Origin: Rhina ancylostomus
Taxonomy: Eukaryota
DNA: 64,000 nucleotides
Direction: 5' to 3'
Assembly (NCBI GenBank): GCA_030265395.1
Contig: JARFYF010000104.1
Span: 35,755,089 to 35,819,088, forward strand
Shown: positions 62,353-64,000 of the stretch, piece after piece
How positions within the stretch are numbered: the first letter of the stretch is position 1
How the letters are laid out: every line of letters begins with the position of its first letter
Made by a program: the position numbers and the translations under genes
The notes under the pieces: model-generated
Seen by the model: only the letters and a program-made list of their open reading frames with translations
Told to the model about the DNA's origin: nothing
The model's database searches: none

Positions 62353-62959
62353 ATGCCAAAAATGGTAGCATAACATTTGTTTACCAATGGAATTTGTACT
62401 TAATTCACCGACATTAATTCACATTACTGTCCATTTTATCTATTGACTATAATGTTGGTCAGCTGAGAAAAGCTGTGTTCCATTTNNNNNNNNNNNNNNN
62501 NNNNNNNNNNNNNNNNNNNNNNNNNNNNNNNNNNNNNNNNNNNNNNNTTACTGGTTGTGACCAATTGTTCTGGTGCCAAATGAAAGGGGTGTCCAAATTA
62601 TGAACGCAACCACCTATTCCTTGCTGGTCCTTCCACATTGTGTGAAGAACTTACTTCAATTTCCATTTTTTTCTGGAATTTTCACTTTTTTGCTTCTCTG
62701 CTCCCCAGTAATCCCAATCCTTACAGCCAGGTCATCAAATCTACCACCTGGGGAAGATGTTGGTGATCCTGCTTGGTACCTGTACTCTGTTCTTTTGCTA
62801 AGTGTTCATTTTTGTCTGAATGCTACATTGTGAAGCAACTTGGAATAACGTTTAATGTTACAAGGTACTAAGCAGAGTTGAGTTGTTAAATATTGCTTCC
62901 AATAACCACAATTCATAGAGAGGACAAAATCACATATACCTATACTGATTTGCATTTGT

Positions 62960-63178
62960 ATATTATTATGCTATAGTATAGAACTGGGTTTTTAAAGTAA
63001 ACTGACAGCTTCATGGTTACAACTAACAAGATGATCATTTAAAGGAAATTCCAGAATTATTTAATTCACAGAGTATCAATTTCCTAGCAGTAGCAGTGGG
63101 ATTTGAATTCAGGTCTCCAGATGATCTGTTGATGCTGACCTCTGATTACTAGTCCAGTAACTTTACTTGCATTGCCTG
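62960..63178 (-). mobile_element. tRNA-headed SINE 5' fragment
   Basis: Minus strand TTACTGGACTAGTAATCAGAGG...GGAGACCTGAATTCAAATCCCACTGC (B-box-like), followed by AATAATTCTGGAAT. Confidence 0.55.
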
Positions 63179-64000
63179 AATATCATTTAACATCTGTTTC
63201 TATGGTGATTATTGCCACCACTGCCATTTCCACAAGTAGAGTCTCAGAATTACCACTGATTTATCTGTTGTTGACCAGTTAGCTCCTACAGTCTCTATGA
63301 TCTTTACATTGACTCTGGCTTTTACACCCCACTGCTTGTGTATACCATTGGTCATTGTGCCTTCAGCTGCCCATGTTCTATTATGCATCGAGGTTTCTAT
63401 CAAAATAGTGTATTAAATGTGAGGGATTTCAGCAGACCCTCAAATTTCATATTGGCACAATCTCTTCAACCCTCATAATGTTGGATTCAAAACAAAGTGA
63501 TGACTTATCTTACTCTTTGAAAAACTGATTTAAAAGCTCAATTCCTTTTATGACTAGATGCCTGTTTATATATTTATGTTTCAATGACAGTCCGCTCATG
63601 AACCTCCTGGTTTGTTCTTCCTAACTCCCATTACATTTTGCTTCTCTATTCTTTATTCTGTAAAATAAGACAGTGAATTATTGAAGCAACCTTCTGATGT
63701 GTAGTGAACTGTTCTGTAAGTATAACAGTTTGAGTAAAAAGACAACTTTAACTGGATTGAAAATTATGAATTGAAATTAAAAGAAACTTCCTTTTTGCAG
63801 CAAGCATTCAAACTTCACAGCCATAAATTTGTTTGTTCATGAGACTGACCTTTGCTCTTGGTCTTGGTTCTCTGGTTATCTGGAACTACGAAGAAATATT
63901 GGAGGGCAGCAGCTCTCCAGAATGAGTGTAGTGCACATTGAAATCTTTGGACCTCTACAATAAATTACATTTTAAACAGGAAATTTTGGTAAATAAATGG

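Overview
Vertebrate genomic DNA, most likely from a cartilaginous fish (shark or ray), judged from HE1-type V-SINEs, SacSINE1-like Deu-SINEs, chondrichthyan-style CR1/Penelope repeats and an elasmobranch-like 5S sequence. The window covers the 5' end of the Nuclear Factor I B gene (NFIB) on the minus strand. The large DNA-binding-domain exon (exon 2) is at 47327..46796, with intact AG/GT splice sites and a 289-nt N gap that keeps the frame. Bases 1-46795 are intron 2. A CpG-rich promoter region lies at about 52.3-57.4 kb, and the canonical first coding exon is probably hidden in an N gap there. About 42-58 kb is almost transposon-free. The flanks are dense with decayed CR1, Rex-Babar, L2, L1/Tx1, Penelope, Tigger and SINE copies, several of them nested, plus one 5S rRNA pseudogene. 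No other protein-coding gene is supported; most short ORFs are repeat remnants or chance. I found no clearly new biological system. The best leads are decayed minimal hammerhead ribozymes in Penelope pLTRs, two CCAAT-TATA-splice-donor modules pointing away from NFIB, NFI-site clusters that could be autoregulatory, and a 43-bp duplication bracketing a Penelope fragment plus about 0.8 kb of unique DNA. Repeat family names come from recognising motifs by eye and their boundaries are approximate.
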